Source: Obrimoposthia wandeli
Taxonomy: Eukaryota
DNA: 64,000 bases
Assembly: GCA_977020255.1 (NCBI GenBank)
Contig: CDROCS010002858.1
Coordinates: 1 to 64,000, forward strand
Reading direction: 5' to 3'
Shown here: in pieces, positions 10,169-19,327 of the stretch
Layout of the letters: every line of letters starts with the position of its first letter
Numbering within the stretch: the first letter of the stretch is position 1
Notes under the pieces: model-generated
What the model saw: only the letters and a program-made list of their open reading frames with translations
The model's database searches: none
What the model was told of the DNA's origin: nothing
Position numbers and translations under genes: made by a program

Positions 10169-11251
10169 TTAACCAATAGCCACACCAACATCGAATGCAT
10201 TACCGATTTCGCCACCCAATGAAGACTCTTCTTGTGTATTCACATCAAATACTTTGTCTGCGTCTTTACTGATTTCTACTTGAGTATGCTTAGCGCTGAA
10301 ACGAGCAGTTCGAATAAAAACCCAAGGAATAGCAAAGCCTAAACTAAAAACTATTGCTAAAGTATTAGTAAACACTAATAGTGTAAAAGGCCAAATTTTC
10401 ATTGTTGAGTTGAATTTTGCAACACCTGCAAATTCAGCATTGCTGAGAATATGGTTTCTAATTCTAACGGAATAAATAGCACCAATAAAATTAAGAAATA
10501 TAAACACACCTACGCCGATAAAAGGAAGAAACATCGCCATTGAAACAAGCATCATCATCGCACTACTCGGATCAGTAAGAGACCAAGCTGTACCGATAAC
10601 CAAAAGAGGAAAGGCATAAATTAATACAATTAAGCCTACCGATGCTAAGAATACAAATAAACTAGTCTTGTAATACTCTTTAGTTTCTAGTTGCACTTCT
10701 AATTTCTTATCGCCATAGCTTATGTTTGTTAACATAAACTCATCCATTTTTTTAAGCACCCAAGGCAGTGCTAGTGAAAGTGATAATAAAGCGGCTAATG
10801 GCAATAAAATAAAGGTAATAAATGCTTGTCCATAAGTGGCATGAAAGTCAAATCTAACATTTCTGTAGCTGGTCATTTGATATTCAAAACGAAGGCCTGA
10901 AATAATTAACCAAGGAGTCATAAAAAATAACACTAATGCTAAACCTGCTCCAATAAAAGGGCTAAATCCACTACCTACCATAAAGACAATGACAAAAACC
11001 ACTCCTAATACACGTCCTATTAATATTTGCATCGGTGTAGCTAAATACGAAAACACATGATCATCAATTGATGTATTTGAACAAAAGTATTTTTTTGTTC
11101 TTACGGTAGCCCATGCAGAATAGATGCCTAAAGTAATAATACTTAATAAAATGTTAACGATAACAATTCCAAAAAACTCACCGCCTTTACCAGTAAATTT
11201 AACATCAACGATTTTTGATTCTGTTTCTGATGGTGCTTGTGAGTTGTCCAT
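10169..11251 (-). CDS. yjgN: YjgN/DUF898-family inner membrane protein
   Basis: FTGKGGEFFGIVIVNILLSIITLGIYSAWA N-terminus; multi-TM; usual pairing with an M48 protease. Confidence 0.88.
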   Translation of the reverse strand: MDNSQAPSETESKIVDVKFTGKGGEFFGIVIVNILLSIITLGIYSAWATVRTKKYFCSNTSIDDHVFSYLATPMQILIGRVLGVVFVIVFMVGSGFSPFIGAGLALVLFFMTPWLIISGLRFEYQMTSYRNVRFDFHATYGQAFITFILLPLAALLSLSLALPWVLKKMDEFMLTNISYGDKKLEVQLETKEYYKTSLFVFLASVGLIVLIYAFPLLVIGTAWSLTDPSSAMMMLVSMAMFLPFIGVGVFIFLNFIGAIYSVRIRNHILSNAEFAGVAKFNSTMKIWPFTLLVFTNTLAIVFSLGFAIPWVFIRTARFSAKHTQVEISKDADKVFDVNTQEESSLGGEIGNAFDVGVAIG

Positions 11252-11601
11252 TTTCTTCCTTTGAAATTAATGATTCGCAATCATACGTTAACGCCCCCAC
11301 TGAAACGTATTGTTCATTTAATAAGGGTGGTTAGTATTTGTAAGCGATTTGAATATTTTTGGGTATGCTATAAAGCGAAAACATCATACGGGAATCACCC
11401 TCAAAGTTAATAAGAATAATGCCTATTAGCTTTGCCTATTTCAGGTGTTTTATATATGTGGTCACTGATTGCTTTCAAAAGTATTAAATCGACCATTGTA
11501 GAAGCTCGCAGATAGACATTGTAAAATTTTCAATAGCTCTCTATTTATCAATGGTAACTAGCTTGAATTGTTACTACTCAATATTTTATTTTTCAAGAAA
11601 G

Positions 11602-11627
11602 GGAATAAAAAGCCAACTTCGTTCGTT
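11602..11627 (+). promoter_or_regulatory. Putative ECF (ECF26-type) sigma promoter of the sulfite dehydrogenase
   Basis: GGAATAAA at 11602-11609 and CGTT at 11624-11627 (GAAT-N18-GT), 45 nt upstream of the ATG. Confidence 0.6.
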
Positions 11628-11671
11628 GATGTAATAGTGCGAGAACATACTTGCGATTACGGAGAAGACGA

Positions 11672-12964
11672 ATGAGCGAAGAAAAACAACAAAAAAGCCT
11701 TACTGAATATTTCGAGAAAAACCCAGAACATGCTGATAAAGAGTTTTTTGGCAGAACAACTCACCCTGACCGCAGAGGTTTTTTAAAAGGTGCAGGTCTC
11801 GCTACGATGGGGGCTCTGCTTGGCGGTGTTATCCCTTTACATCGAGATATGCCAGGCGGTTTTGTACCAGTAGCTTTCGCAGGTGAAGACAGCATCACTG
11901 GCAAGAATGGTTTAACGTTATTGAACGATCGCCCCGTCAATGCAGAAACGCCCCCACATTTATTAGATGATGCTATTACACCGACGGCTAAACACTTTGT
12001 TCGTAACAACGGAATCCCTCCTTCTCAGGTTGATGTGGCTAATTGGACACTAACGATTGATGGCTTAGTCGATAAACCATTAACATTATCCATTGCTGAT
12101 CTAAAAGAAAAGTTCACCGTACATACCATGGCTCTGGTAATAGAATGTGGTGGTAATGGTCGTGCTGCTTTTGATCCACCCGCTAAAGGGAACCAATGGA
12201 CACTAGGCGCTGTTGGCTGCTCTAACTGGACAGGTGTGAAACTTAAAGATGTTCTCAATGCCGCTGGGGTTAAAGCTAATGCCATTTACACAGCACACGA
12301 AGGCGCTGATGCACACCTTTCTGGTAACCCTGAAAAAACGCCCATTTCAAGAGGCATGCCTATTTCTAAAGCGATGACTGATAATATTCTCATCGCATTT
12401 GAGCAAAATGGAAAGCCTATTCATCCACACAATGGTGCTCCTCTGCGCTTAGTGGTCCCTGGCTGGCCTGGATCTTTGTCACACAAATGGCTACAACGCA
12501 TTTATTTACGCGATGTTGAGCATGATGGCCCAAAAATGACAGGCAAAGCATATCGAGTGCCTAATCGCCCGGTAGCTCCAGGTGAAAAAGTCGCTAAATC
12601 TGATTTCAAAATCATTGAAAGAATGCCAGTAAAGTCACTGATTACACACCCTCAGACCGGCTCCACAGCAAAAGGATCAGTGGAACTACGTGGCCATGCC
12701 TGGTCTGGAGATCGCGAAGTTTCTCAAGTTGATATTTCAATTGATTTTGGTAGCACATGGCAGAAAGCGACCTTAGATAAAGCAGTCAATTCTGGTGCTT
12801 GGTCAAACTGGCATCATACTGTGGAATTACCTCAAAAAGGCTATTACGAAATATGGGCAAGGGCAACTGATGATGCAGGCGAAGCACAGCCTCATGCGAT
12901 TGCTTGGAACCCTAAAGGATATTTAAACAATAGTATGCATCGTATTTCCGTCACTGCTAGTTAA
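11672..12964 (+). CDS. sorT: Tat-exported molybdopterin sulfite dehydrogenase (sulfite oxidase family, SorT/SorA-like)
   Basis: RRGFLKG twin-arginine signal; NAETP, FVRNNG, IECGGNGR (Moco Cys), HPHNGAPLRLVVPGWPG, WNPKGYLNN. ATG 11672 with GGAG RBS preferred over the track's TTG at 11651. Confidence 0.9.
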   Translation: MSEEKQQKSLTEYFEKNPEHADKEFFGRTTHPDRRGFLKGAGLATMGALLGGVIPLHRDMPGGFVPVAFAGEDSITGKNGLTLLNDRPVNAETPPHLLDDAITPTAKHFVRNNGIPPSQVDVANWTLTIDGLVDKPLTLSIADLKEKFTVHTMALVIECGGNGRAAFDPPAKGNQWTLGAVGCSNWTGVKLKDVLNAAGVKANAIYTAHEGADAHLSGNPEKTPISRGMPISKAMTDNILIAFEQNGKPIHPHNGAPLRLVVPGWPGSLSHKWLQRIYLRDVEHDGPKMTGKAYRVPNRPVAPGEKVAKSDFKIIERMPVKSLITHPQTGSTAKGSVELRGHAWSGDREVSQVDISIDFGSTWQKATLDKAVNSGAWSNWHHTVELPQKGYYEIWARATDDAGEAQPHAIAWNPKGYLNNSMHRISVTAS

Positions 12965-13139
12965 GGCTCTTGCTCATGGCATTCACATCAACATAGGCTG
13001 TCATGAGCATCACTGTGTACCTTTATTTAGCACTGAGAATACCTTTAATCGCTCTAAAAAGGCGCGTGCTGTATAGCACCACTTTTAGCTTATAAAATAA
13101 TAATCTGTTGAAAATCAGAAAAGCTATCGAGAAAATATA

Positions 13140-13841
13140 ATGATGACAAGAAAATTATTCGCACTGCTCATATTAATGACTCTTTGCGTAAAAACCAGTT
13201 TTGCCGCAGACATTGAAAACGGTAAAGTACTATTTCAACAATGCAGCATTTGCCACAACATTAGCCCACAAGGCGCAGCTAAAATAGGACCAAACTTATG
13301 GGGAACTATTAACCGCCCCATTGCGAATGAAGAAAATTACAGCAAACGATACTCTAAAGCTTTGGTAGGAGTAGAAGGCACTTGGAGCACTGTAAAGTTA
13401 GCTGAATTTATTACAAACCCTCAAGCATTCGCTCCCGGCACCATCATGGGCTTCGCGGGTTTTCAATCGGCAAAAGATCGCGCTGACATCATTGCTTTCT
13501 TAAACACTCAAAGCAGCAGTCCTATTGACTTGTCAGCTGATGTCACACAAAAAATAAGTGCGGCACAAGCATCGGCTCCTGTGATCAAAACACCTGCTAA
13601 TATTGGTAAGCTGTTTCGTGCGCCAGGTGCACAAAAAACATTTACCTATTGTAGTTCTTGCCATTCTGAACGCATAGTAACGCAGCAAGGTTTAACTAAA
13701 AGTGATTGGAAAGAACTACTTGAATGGATGGTTGATGAACAAGATATGGATGAGATTGCAGAACCTGATTACAGCTTAGTTATTGATTATCTATCAGTTA
13801 ACTATGGCGTTGATCGCCCTAATTTCCCAAAAAAGAAGTAA
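13140..13841 (+). CDS. Di-heme c-type cytochrome: cytochrome c2-like domain fused to a SorU-like domain
   Basis: Sec signal; CSICH...KIGPNLWG...PGTIMGFAG (c2 fold); Ala/Pro linker; CSSCHSERIVTQQGLT...WMVDEQDM...DYLSVNYG (SorU-like). Confidence 0.85.
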   Translation: MMTRKLFALLILMTLCVKTSFAADIENGKVLFQQCSICHNISPQGAAKIGPNLWGTINRPIANEENYSKRYSKALVGVEGTWSTVKLAEFITNPQAFAPGTIMGFAGFQSAKDRADIIAFLNTQSSSPIDLSADVTQKISAAQASAPVIKTPANIGKLFRAPGAQKTFTYCSSCHSERIVTQQGLTKSDWKELLEWMVDEQDMDEIAEPDYSLVIDYLSVNYGVDRPNFPKKK

Positions 13842-13930
13842 ATATATAGCGCTTAATATTTATAAAAAGTCATACGATTAAGTGCAATGCCTCTCTTAAC
13901 ACCGCAGGCATTAAGCTTAATCGCTAGGCT

Positions 13931-14737
13931 TTAAACACAAGGCTTCGCTTTTCGCGAGCTTCGTACCATCGCCATTTGTAGAAATTCAGGTGACCCAAAA
14001 CTCAAACTCACCTGCTCTACATAAGCGGCTATTCCTTTGAATCTTGATTGATCCATACCACTGGCAATGATTTGATACGCTTTACCATCGGCTTCCCAAT
14101 GGTATTGCTGTGCGTTACTGGCTTTCGAGTTTGTTGTATATAGTGGGTATTTTTTCTGTATTTTCAATGTTAATTTGCAACCGTTCACACCTCTATAGTG
14201 AAGAACTTTTGCGCTATTTGAATCTCGATATTGTAAGACCATGAATAAATTAGAAAGAGATAAATCAGGTGTAATGTCAGGCGAAAAATTCGCTACATCT
14301 TCCATCGCGTAAATGTTTTTTGGTATTACATCAATTTCTTTTTTTGATAATTGCTGATGCAATAGCTCTATCGCAGAGAAGTTCTGGGCTATTAGTTGAG
14401 GCTTTGTTTCTTGGGGTATTGAATAAATAAACATCACCATGATCAGTGATAGCGTAACCATCAACGGTTTATTGATACTTAAAAACACACTACCAACATC
14501 ATGAGCAAAATTGGCTAGTTTACGCGCATCCAAATGCTGTTTTTTCGTGATTGGCGCTAAGCTATTTGTATAGGTGCTAGCTACACTTTTTTTCAGTTGA
14601 TGTAAGCTAATATATACTTGCTGTAAATCGTCCTCAGTTTCTAGTCGGCGATATAATTTTTGCTTTTGCGTCAAAGATAATTCCTCATCAATTAACGCAT
14701 TTAGTAATTCAAAATCGGCTTCTGATATTTTCATCAA
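13931..14737 (-). CDS. Transmembrane anti-sigma factor
   Basis: N-terminal LNALIDEELS motif, a single TM helix and a periplasmic PDLS domain; directly downstream of an ECF sigma gene. Confidence 0.78.
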   Translation of the reverse strand: MMKISEADFELLNALIDEELSLTQKQKLYRRLETEDDLQQVYISLHQLKKSVASTYTNSLAPITKKQHLDARKLANFAHDVGSVFLSINKPLMVTLSLIMVMFIYSIPQETKPQLIAQNFSAIELLHQQLSKKEIDVIPKNIYAMEDVANFSPDITPDLSLSNLFMVLQYRDSNSAKVLHYRGVNGCKLTLKIQKKYPLYTTNSKASNAQQYHWEADGKAYQIIASGMDQSRFKGIAAYVEQVSLSFGSPEFLQMAMVRSSRKAKPCV

Positions 14738-14744
14738 TTCAGTT

Positions 14745-15248
14745 CTATTTAGATTTTTTTTCAGCTTGCATATGATCTAACATGCTCGCTCTAGCGCGGC
14801 TAATTCTACTCATCACAGTACCTAAAGCCAAACCGGTAATTTGAGCAACTTCTCGATATTTATATCCTAATACGTCAACCATGAATACAATTTCTCGCTG
14901 TTCTTCGTTTAAGTTGCTAAATGCTTGATTTATCGCATACTCATCTAACAGAACACACTGATCAACTTGATATTTTTCATATATTTGTTGTTGAACTGAA
15001 ACATACTCAGAGCGTAGTTTTTGCTTGCGAATATAATCAATATACAAATTTTTAAGCATACGAAAAACATAAGGCTTTAGCTCTGCTATATCTTGTGGCA
15101 CATCTTTAGATTCCAGCACTTTAACAAGCACTTCTTGTGCTAAATCTTCAGCCAAATGATGATCACTGCACATACCATAGGCATAAACCTTCAAATCAGG
15201 GGCAACCCTTTTTGCCAGCATTTTTGATCGTAAAAATCGTCTTATCAA
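14745..15248 (-). CDS. ECF-subfamily RNA polymerase sigma factor
   Basis: AEDLAQEVLVK (region 2), FRMLKNLYID, YKYREVAQITGLALGTVMSRISRAR (region 4). Alternative ATG at 15221. Confidence 0.92.
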   Translation of the reverse strand: MIRRFLRSKMLAKRVAPDLKVYAYGMCSDHHLAEDLAQEVLVKVLESKDVPQDIAELKPYVFRMLKNLYIDYIRKQKLRSEYVSVQQQIYEKYQVDQCVLLDEYAINQAFSNLNEEQREIVFMVDVLGYKYREVAQITGLALGTVMSRISRARASMLDHMQAEKKSK

Positions 15249-15526
15249 AGTAGAACCTTTATTTTTATTATCTAACTTTTGTTATATGTTTATAACGTAC
15301 AGATCATTATATTAACTGCAAACACATTACTTATTTTTATCCATTTTTTAAGATAAGTAATGTGCTCTACTTATTATTCATAAAGCTTTTATTTTACATT
15401 ACTTCTATTTAAAAACATGATTTAATATTAACAATACATTAATATTTTATTATTCTGTAAATAGTGATTCACCTGTATTGCTTCAATTTTTACCTCTTTG
15501 TAAATAGCACATTGTTTGGCGATTAT

Positions 15527-17281
15527 ATGAAAAGTATATTAGTTTCTTTACTCTTTTTACAAACTCTCTACTTCCCCGCTGTTGCTGACGACAAAGCAGC
15601 GTACAGAATTTTATACATCAATTCATATCATCGAGGCTATTCTTGGAGCGATGACTTAGAAAAAGGCATGACTGATGTCATTAACGCATCAGGGTTAAAA
15701 CATGAACTTTCAACTGAATACTTAGATAGTAAGCGGTTCGACTATAAACTTATCCAACAAGCTTTAATTAGCTCGATGAAAAAAAAATACGACCGCTACA
15801 AACCAGATATTATATTAGCCTCAGATAATAATGCTTTTAACTTTGTTAAAGCACACCGAGAAACCTTGTTTCCCAACATTCCTATCGTGTTCTCTGGCTA
15901 TAACAATTTCACCGCTGATGCTATTAAAGGCATGTACGATATTACCGGTGTAAATGAAAAGATCGATTTAACCTCTTTAACTAAAATGATCACCGCTATT
16001 CACCCTGACATCAAAGCGATTGCCTATATTGTTTCTGACGATTCAATCAGTAATAAAAACACTTACCTATCATCAATATCGGTATTTGAAAGCTTTAAGA
16101 AATCTTACCAAATAGAGGTATTACTAAATAAAACACAGCAAGAAATTGCCAGCATTCTAGCAACGCTACCTAAACAAACAGCCGTTGTTATTGCAGGGCA
16201 AACAGCGAATAAAGGGATAGATCGTGCATTTAGCCCTGGTGAACAAGCCGCTTTAATTGTCGACATAAGTCCATTTCCTACTTATACCCCTTGGAGATTT
16301 CATATTGATAACGGCGTAACAGGTGGCCGCATTTTATCAGGCTACGCACAAGGCTCGAAGATGGCAGAGTTAGCACTGCAAGTCGCACAAGGCACCCCTG
16401 CTAGTAGCATTCCGGTTATTTTAACAACGCCCACGCAAGATATTTTTCGCTATGACAAGCTCAAAGAATTTAATATTGATCTTGATTTACTCCCCACTAA
16501 CTCAATCGTTTTGAATCGGCCTCAACAAATTTGGGACAAATATAAATATGAGTTTCTATCGGTTCTTGCACTGCTTATATCTCAAATGATGCTAATTCTA
16601 GTTTTATTAGGGAACATTCGTAGCCGTAAACAAGCGCTGCAAAGCCTAGATATCGAGCGCTCAAGCTTAGAGACTAGAGTGCTAGAGCGTACTTGCGAGC
16701 TTAATAGCGCGAATAAAAAGCTTGAACGCTTATCGATGGAAGATAGCTTAACCAATTTAAAAAACCGACGCTTTTTAGACTCCTTGATAGAACAGGAATT
16801 AGAACAACTGGTTCATCACAATGAGCCACTGTCTTTGGTGATGATCGATATAGATTATTTCAAGCAATACAATGATATTTACGGCCATATTCAAGGAGAT
16901 AAGTGCCTGCAAGAAATCGCTGCTATTTTACTTAATTCGGTAACGCGCCCTCGTGATATTGCTGCACGTTATGGCGGTGAAGAATTCATGTTTATTTTAC
17001 CCAGTACTGATCAAGAAGGTGCTCGCAAAGTAGCAAATGACGTAAAGAATTGCATTCATGATCAAGCTATTCGCCATTCAGGCTCTCCCTTTAATAAGCA
17101 ACTCACAGTATCAATGGGAGTAGTCAGCATTCAAGCAGGTGCTGATATCAATTTCTCTCTCGGATCATTACTAACAATGGCCGATAGCAAATTGTATGAA
17201 GCTAAAAACGAAGGGCGAAACAGAATTTGCCAATCAGCCTTCTTACCGAACGCTGACACACGTCACCTATCAATAGTGTGA
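15527..17281 (+). CDS. Diguanylate cyclase with periplasmic ABC-SBP-like sensor domain
   Basis: Signal peptide MKSILVSLL (ATG 15527 preferred over 15464), ILYINSYHRGYSWSDD sensor, one TM, coiled coil, RPRDIAARYGGEEF (intact A- and I-sites). Confidence 0.9.
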   Translation: MKSILVSLLFLQTLYFPAVADDKAAYRILYINSYHRGYSWSDDLEKGMTDVINASGLKHELSTEYLDSKRFDYKLIQQALISSMKKKYDRYKPDIILASDNNAFNFVKAHRETLFPNIPIVFSGYNNFTADAIKGMYDITGVNEKIDLTSLTKMITAIHPDIKAIAYIVSDDSISNKNTYLSSISVFESFKKSYQIEVLLNKTQQEIASILATLPKQTAVVIAGQTANKGIDRAFSPGEQAALIVDISPFPTYTPWRFHIDNGVTGGRILSGYAQGSKMAELALQVAQGTPASSIPVILTTPTQDIFRYDKLKEFNIDLDLLPTNSIVLNRPQQIWDKYKYEFLSVLALLISQMMLILVLLGNIRSRKQALQSLDIERSSLETRVLERTCELNSANKKLERLSMEDSLTNLKNRRFLDSLIEQELEQLVHHNEPLSLVMIDIDYFKQYNDIYGHIQGDKCLQEIAAILLNSVTRPRDIAARYGGEEFMFILPSTDQEGARKVANDVKNCIHDQAIRHSGSPFNKQLTVSMGVVSIQAGADINFSLGSLLTMADSKLYEAKNEGRNRICQSAFLPNADTRHLSIV

Positions 17282-17468
17282 CTAGCATAAGCTAGCACAT
17301 ACTGCTAAAAAAGATAATTAATGCCTCAATGGTTGAGGCTCTATAGCCTTTGACACAAACCTCTCATCACTGTGCTCACTTTAATATCAATGGTGCTTTT
17401 TAAGCGCGCGTTCTAATGTCGTGCAATTACGATACTGGTGTGAACAATAAATAAACATGTTATACCTA

Positions 17469-17511
17469 TAAGCATAAGTTATGACTAACGCACTATAATA
17501 ACTTATGCTTA
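17469..17511. promoter_or_regulatory. 14-bp perfect inverted repeat, candidate operator of the phosphoesterase/ABC cluster
   Basis: TAAGCATAAGTTAT-N15-ATAACTTATGCTTA, ending 73 nt before the ATG at 17584. Confidence 0.55.
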
Positions 17512-17583
17512 AATAATCCTTGCTCGATACCATAAAGTTTAATACTGTCGCTTACATTGTTCATAAAAATATAGGCAAGTTAC

Positions 17584-18393
17584 ATGTCGCATAAGGTTAT
17601 ATTAGTTATCCTCGATGGTCTTGAATACTCTGTTGGAGTGCAATGCATGGGTTTTTTGCAAGCATTACGCGAGCAGGACCAAGCGACCTTGTACAAACTG
17701 CAATGCGAGTTACCCTCTATGTCTAGGCCGCTCTATGAAGCGATTCTTACAGGTGTACCACCGGTTATCAGCGGTATAGTAAACAACAAAATCCAACGCC
17801 TTTCTAACCAACAAAGCGTTTTCAGCTTAGCAAGGTCTAACGGGTTAACCACAGCTGCAGCGGCCTATCATTGGTTCAGCGAGCTGTACAATCAATCTCC
17901 TTACGATGCAAAGCGAGATCGTTTCACTTCAGATTCTGACAAGGCTATTCAACACGGATGTTTTTATCATTTAGATCACTATCCTGATGATCATTTGTTT
18001 GCCGACGCCAATTGGCTGCTAAACAACCACGATCCTGATTTTTTATTAGTTCATCCTATGAACATTGACGATGCAGGGCACAAAGCTGGATGGGATAGTT
18101 CAAAATACCGCAATACCGCTCGAGCTGCTGATATTATATTGTCCGATTATCTACCTCAGTGGCTAGAACAAGGCTACCAAGTAATGGTTACAGCAGATCA
18201 CGGCATGAATAATGACCACAGTCACGGCGGCATATTAGCCGAAGAGCGCATGGTACCGCTCTATGTCTTAGGAGATGCTTTTACTCACGACAGCTCAGCT
18301 CAGCCTGAACAGCTGGAAATTTGCGGAACAATTTGCCAGCTACTTGGGCTACCTGCATCTGATAAACGCGTTGCCAGTAAGCTTCTAAAATAA
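17584..18393 (+). CDS. Alkaline-phosphatase-superfamily (NPP/phosphodiesterase-like) cytoplasmic hydrolase
   Basis: ILDG, LPSMSRP (nucleophile region), NIDDAGH, TADHG, HGG metal ligands; no signal peptide. Confidence 0.85.
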   Translation: MSHKVILVILDGLEYSVGVQCMGFLQALREQDQATLYKLQCELPSMSRPLYEAILTGVPPVISGIVNNKIQRLSNQQSVFSLARSNGLTTAAAAYHWFSELYNQSPYDAKRDRFTSDSDKAIQHGCFYHLDHYPDDHLFADANWLLNNHDPDFLLVHPMNIDDAGHKAGWDSSKYRNTARAADIILSDYLPQWLEQGYQVMVTADHGMNNDHSHGGILAEERMVPLYVLGDAFTHDSSAQPEQLEICGTICQLLGLPASDKRVASKLLK

Positions 18394-18483
18394 AAGTAAC
18401 TCAACACTAAAAAACAGGCTTTTAAGCAGCACTAAAGATCTTCTTTAATCTGCAGGCTAAAAATATACATTAGGATACAAAAA

Positions 18484-19152
18484 ATGGCATTGGCAATTTT
18501 TGATTTAGATGACACCTTACTGCGCGGAGATAGCGGATCGTTATTCTGCCAATATTTGGTCGATAAGAAACAAGCAGATCAATCTCTAATCGAAGGTGAA
18601 GTAGAAATTTTCAGCCATTACAGCTCACCCACCTTTGACATGGCCGATTATGTGCGTTTCGTTATAAAAACGATTGAACATTTAGACCAGCAGCAAATCG
18701 ATGACTTATTACCTGAATTTATTGAACATTACATCGCCCCTAACATATTCCCGCAAGCGCTAGAACTACTCAGTGAATTGCGCCGCAAGGGAGAGCGCAT
18801 CGTACTCATTTCAGCAACCACAGCGTTCATTGTTAAGGCGGTGGCCAACTACTTAAAAATAGAGGATGTGCTAGCAATTGAACTAGAGACCGAAACATCT
18901 GCTGTTAGCCAACGACTTAAATACACTGGTGAAATTAAAGGAGTTGCAAGCTTTAGAGCAGGTAAAGTGACGCGCTTACAGCAGTGGTTGGCTTTAACTG
19001 GAGAGAGCATAGAACAGGCATATTTTTATAGCGATTCTAGAAATGATCTGCCGTTATTAGAGTTGGTTGATAACCCTATTGCAACAAACCCTGATACTGT
19101 GTTGGAAAAACATGCAATTAGTGCCAATTGGCCAATAATTGATTGGCGGTAG
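18484..19152 (+). CDS. HAD-superfamily subfamily IB phosphatase
   Basis: FDLDDTL motif I, ISAT motif II, GK motif III, YSDSRND motif IV. Confidence 0.9.
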   Translation: MALAIFDLDDTLLRGDSGSLFCQYLVDKKQADQSLIEGEVEIFSHYSSPTFDMADYVRFVIKTIEHLDQQQIDDLLPEFIEHYIAPNIFPQALELLSELRRKGERIVLISATTAFIVKAVANYLKIEDVLAIELETETSAVSQRLKYTGEIKGVASFRAGKVTRLQQWLALTGESIEQAYFYSDSRNDLPLLELVDNPIATNPDTVLEKHAISANWPIIDWR

Positions 19153-19327
19153 CATTCAATCCAATGTTACTGTTAATAAACAGTTAGTTCACTCATATTT
19201 TTAAAGTTTAACAGATCGAATAAATAAAATAATGATCAACGTTTAAATGATAAGTTTTCGCGCAATACAGCAGGCTCTAATATTGAACCGGCTACTTGCT
19301 TCAAATAAAAAAAATAGGAACTCAAAC

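Noticed and set aside
17350-17367. Possible Pho box TTGACACAAACCTCTCAT
   Set aside because: Four or more mismatches to CTGTCAT-N4-CTGTCAT and over 200 nt from the start codon; too weak to call.
17584-19152. Reading the AP-family and HAD genes as phnA/phnX (phosphonate catabolism)
   Set aside because: The AP protein (269 aa) is much shorter than PhnA, the HAD has DLDDT rather than PhnX's DWAGT, and no phnW or phnY is present.
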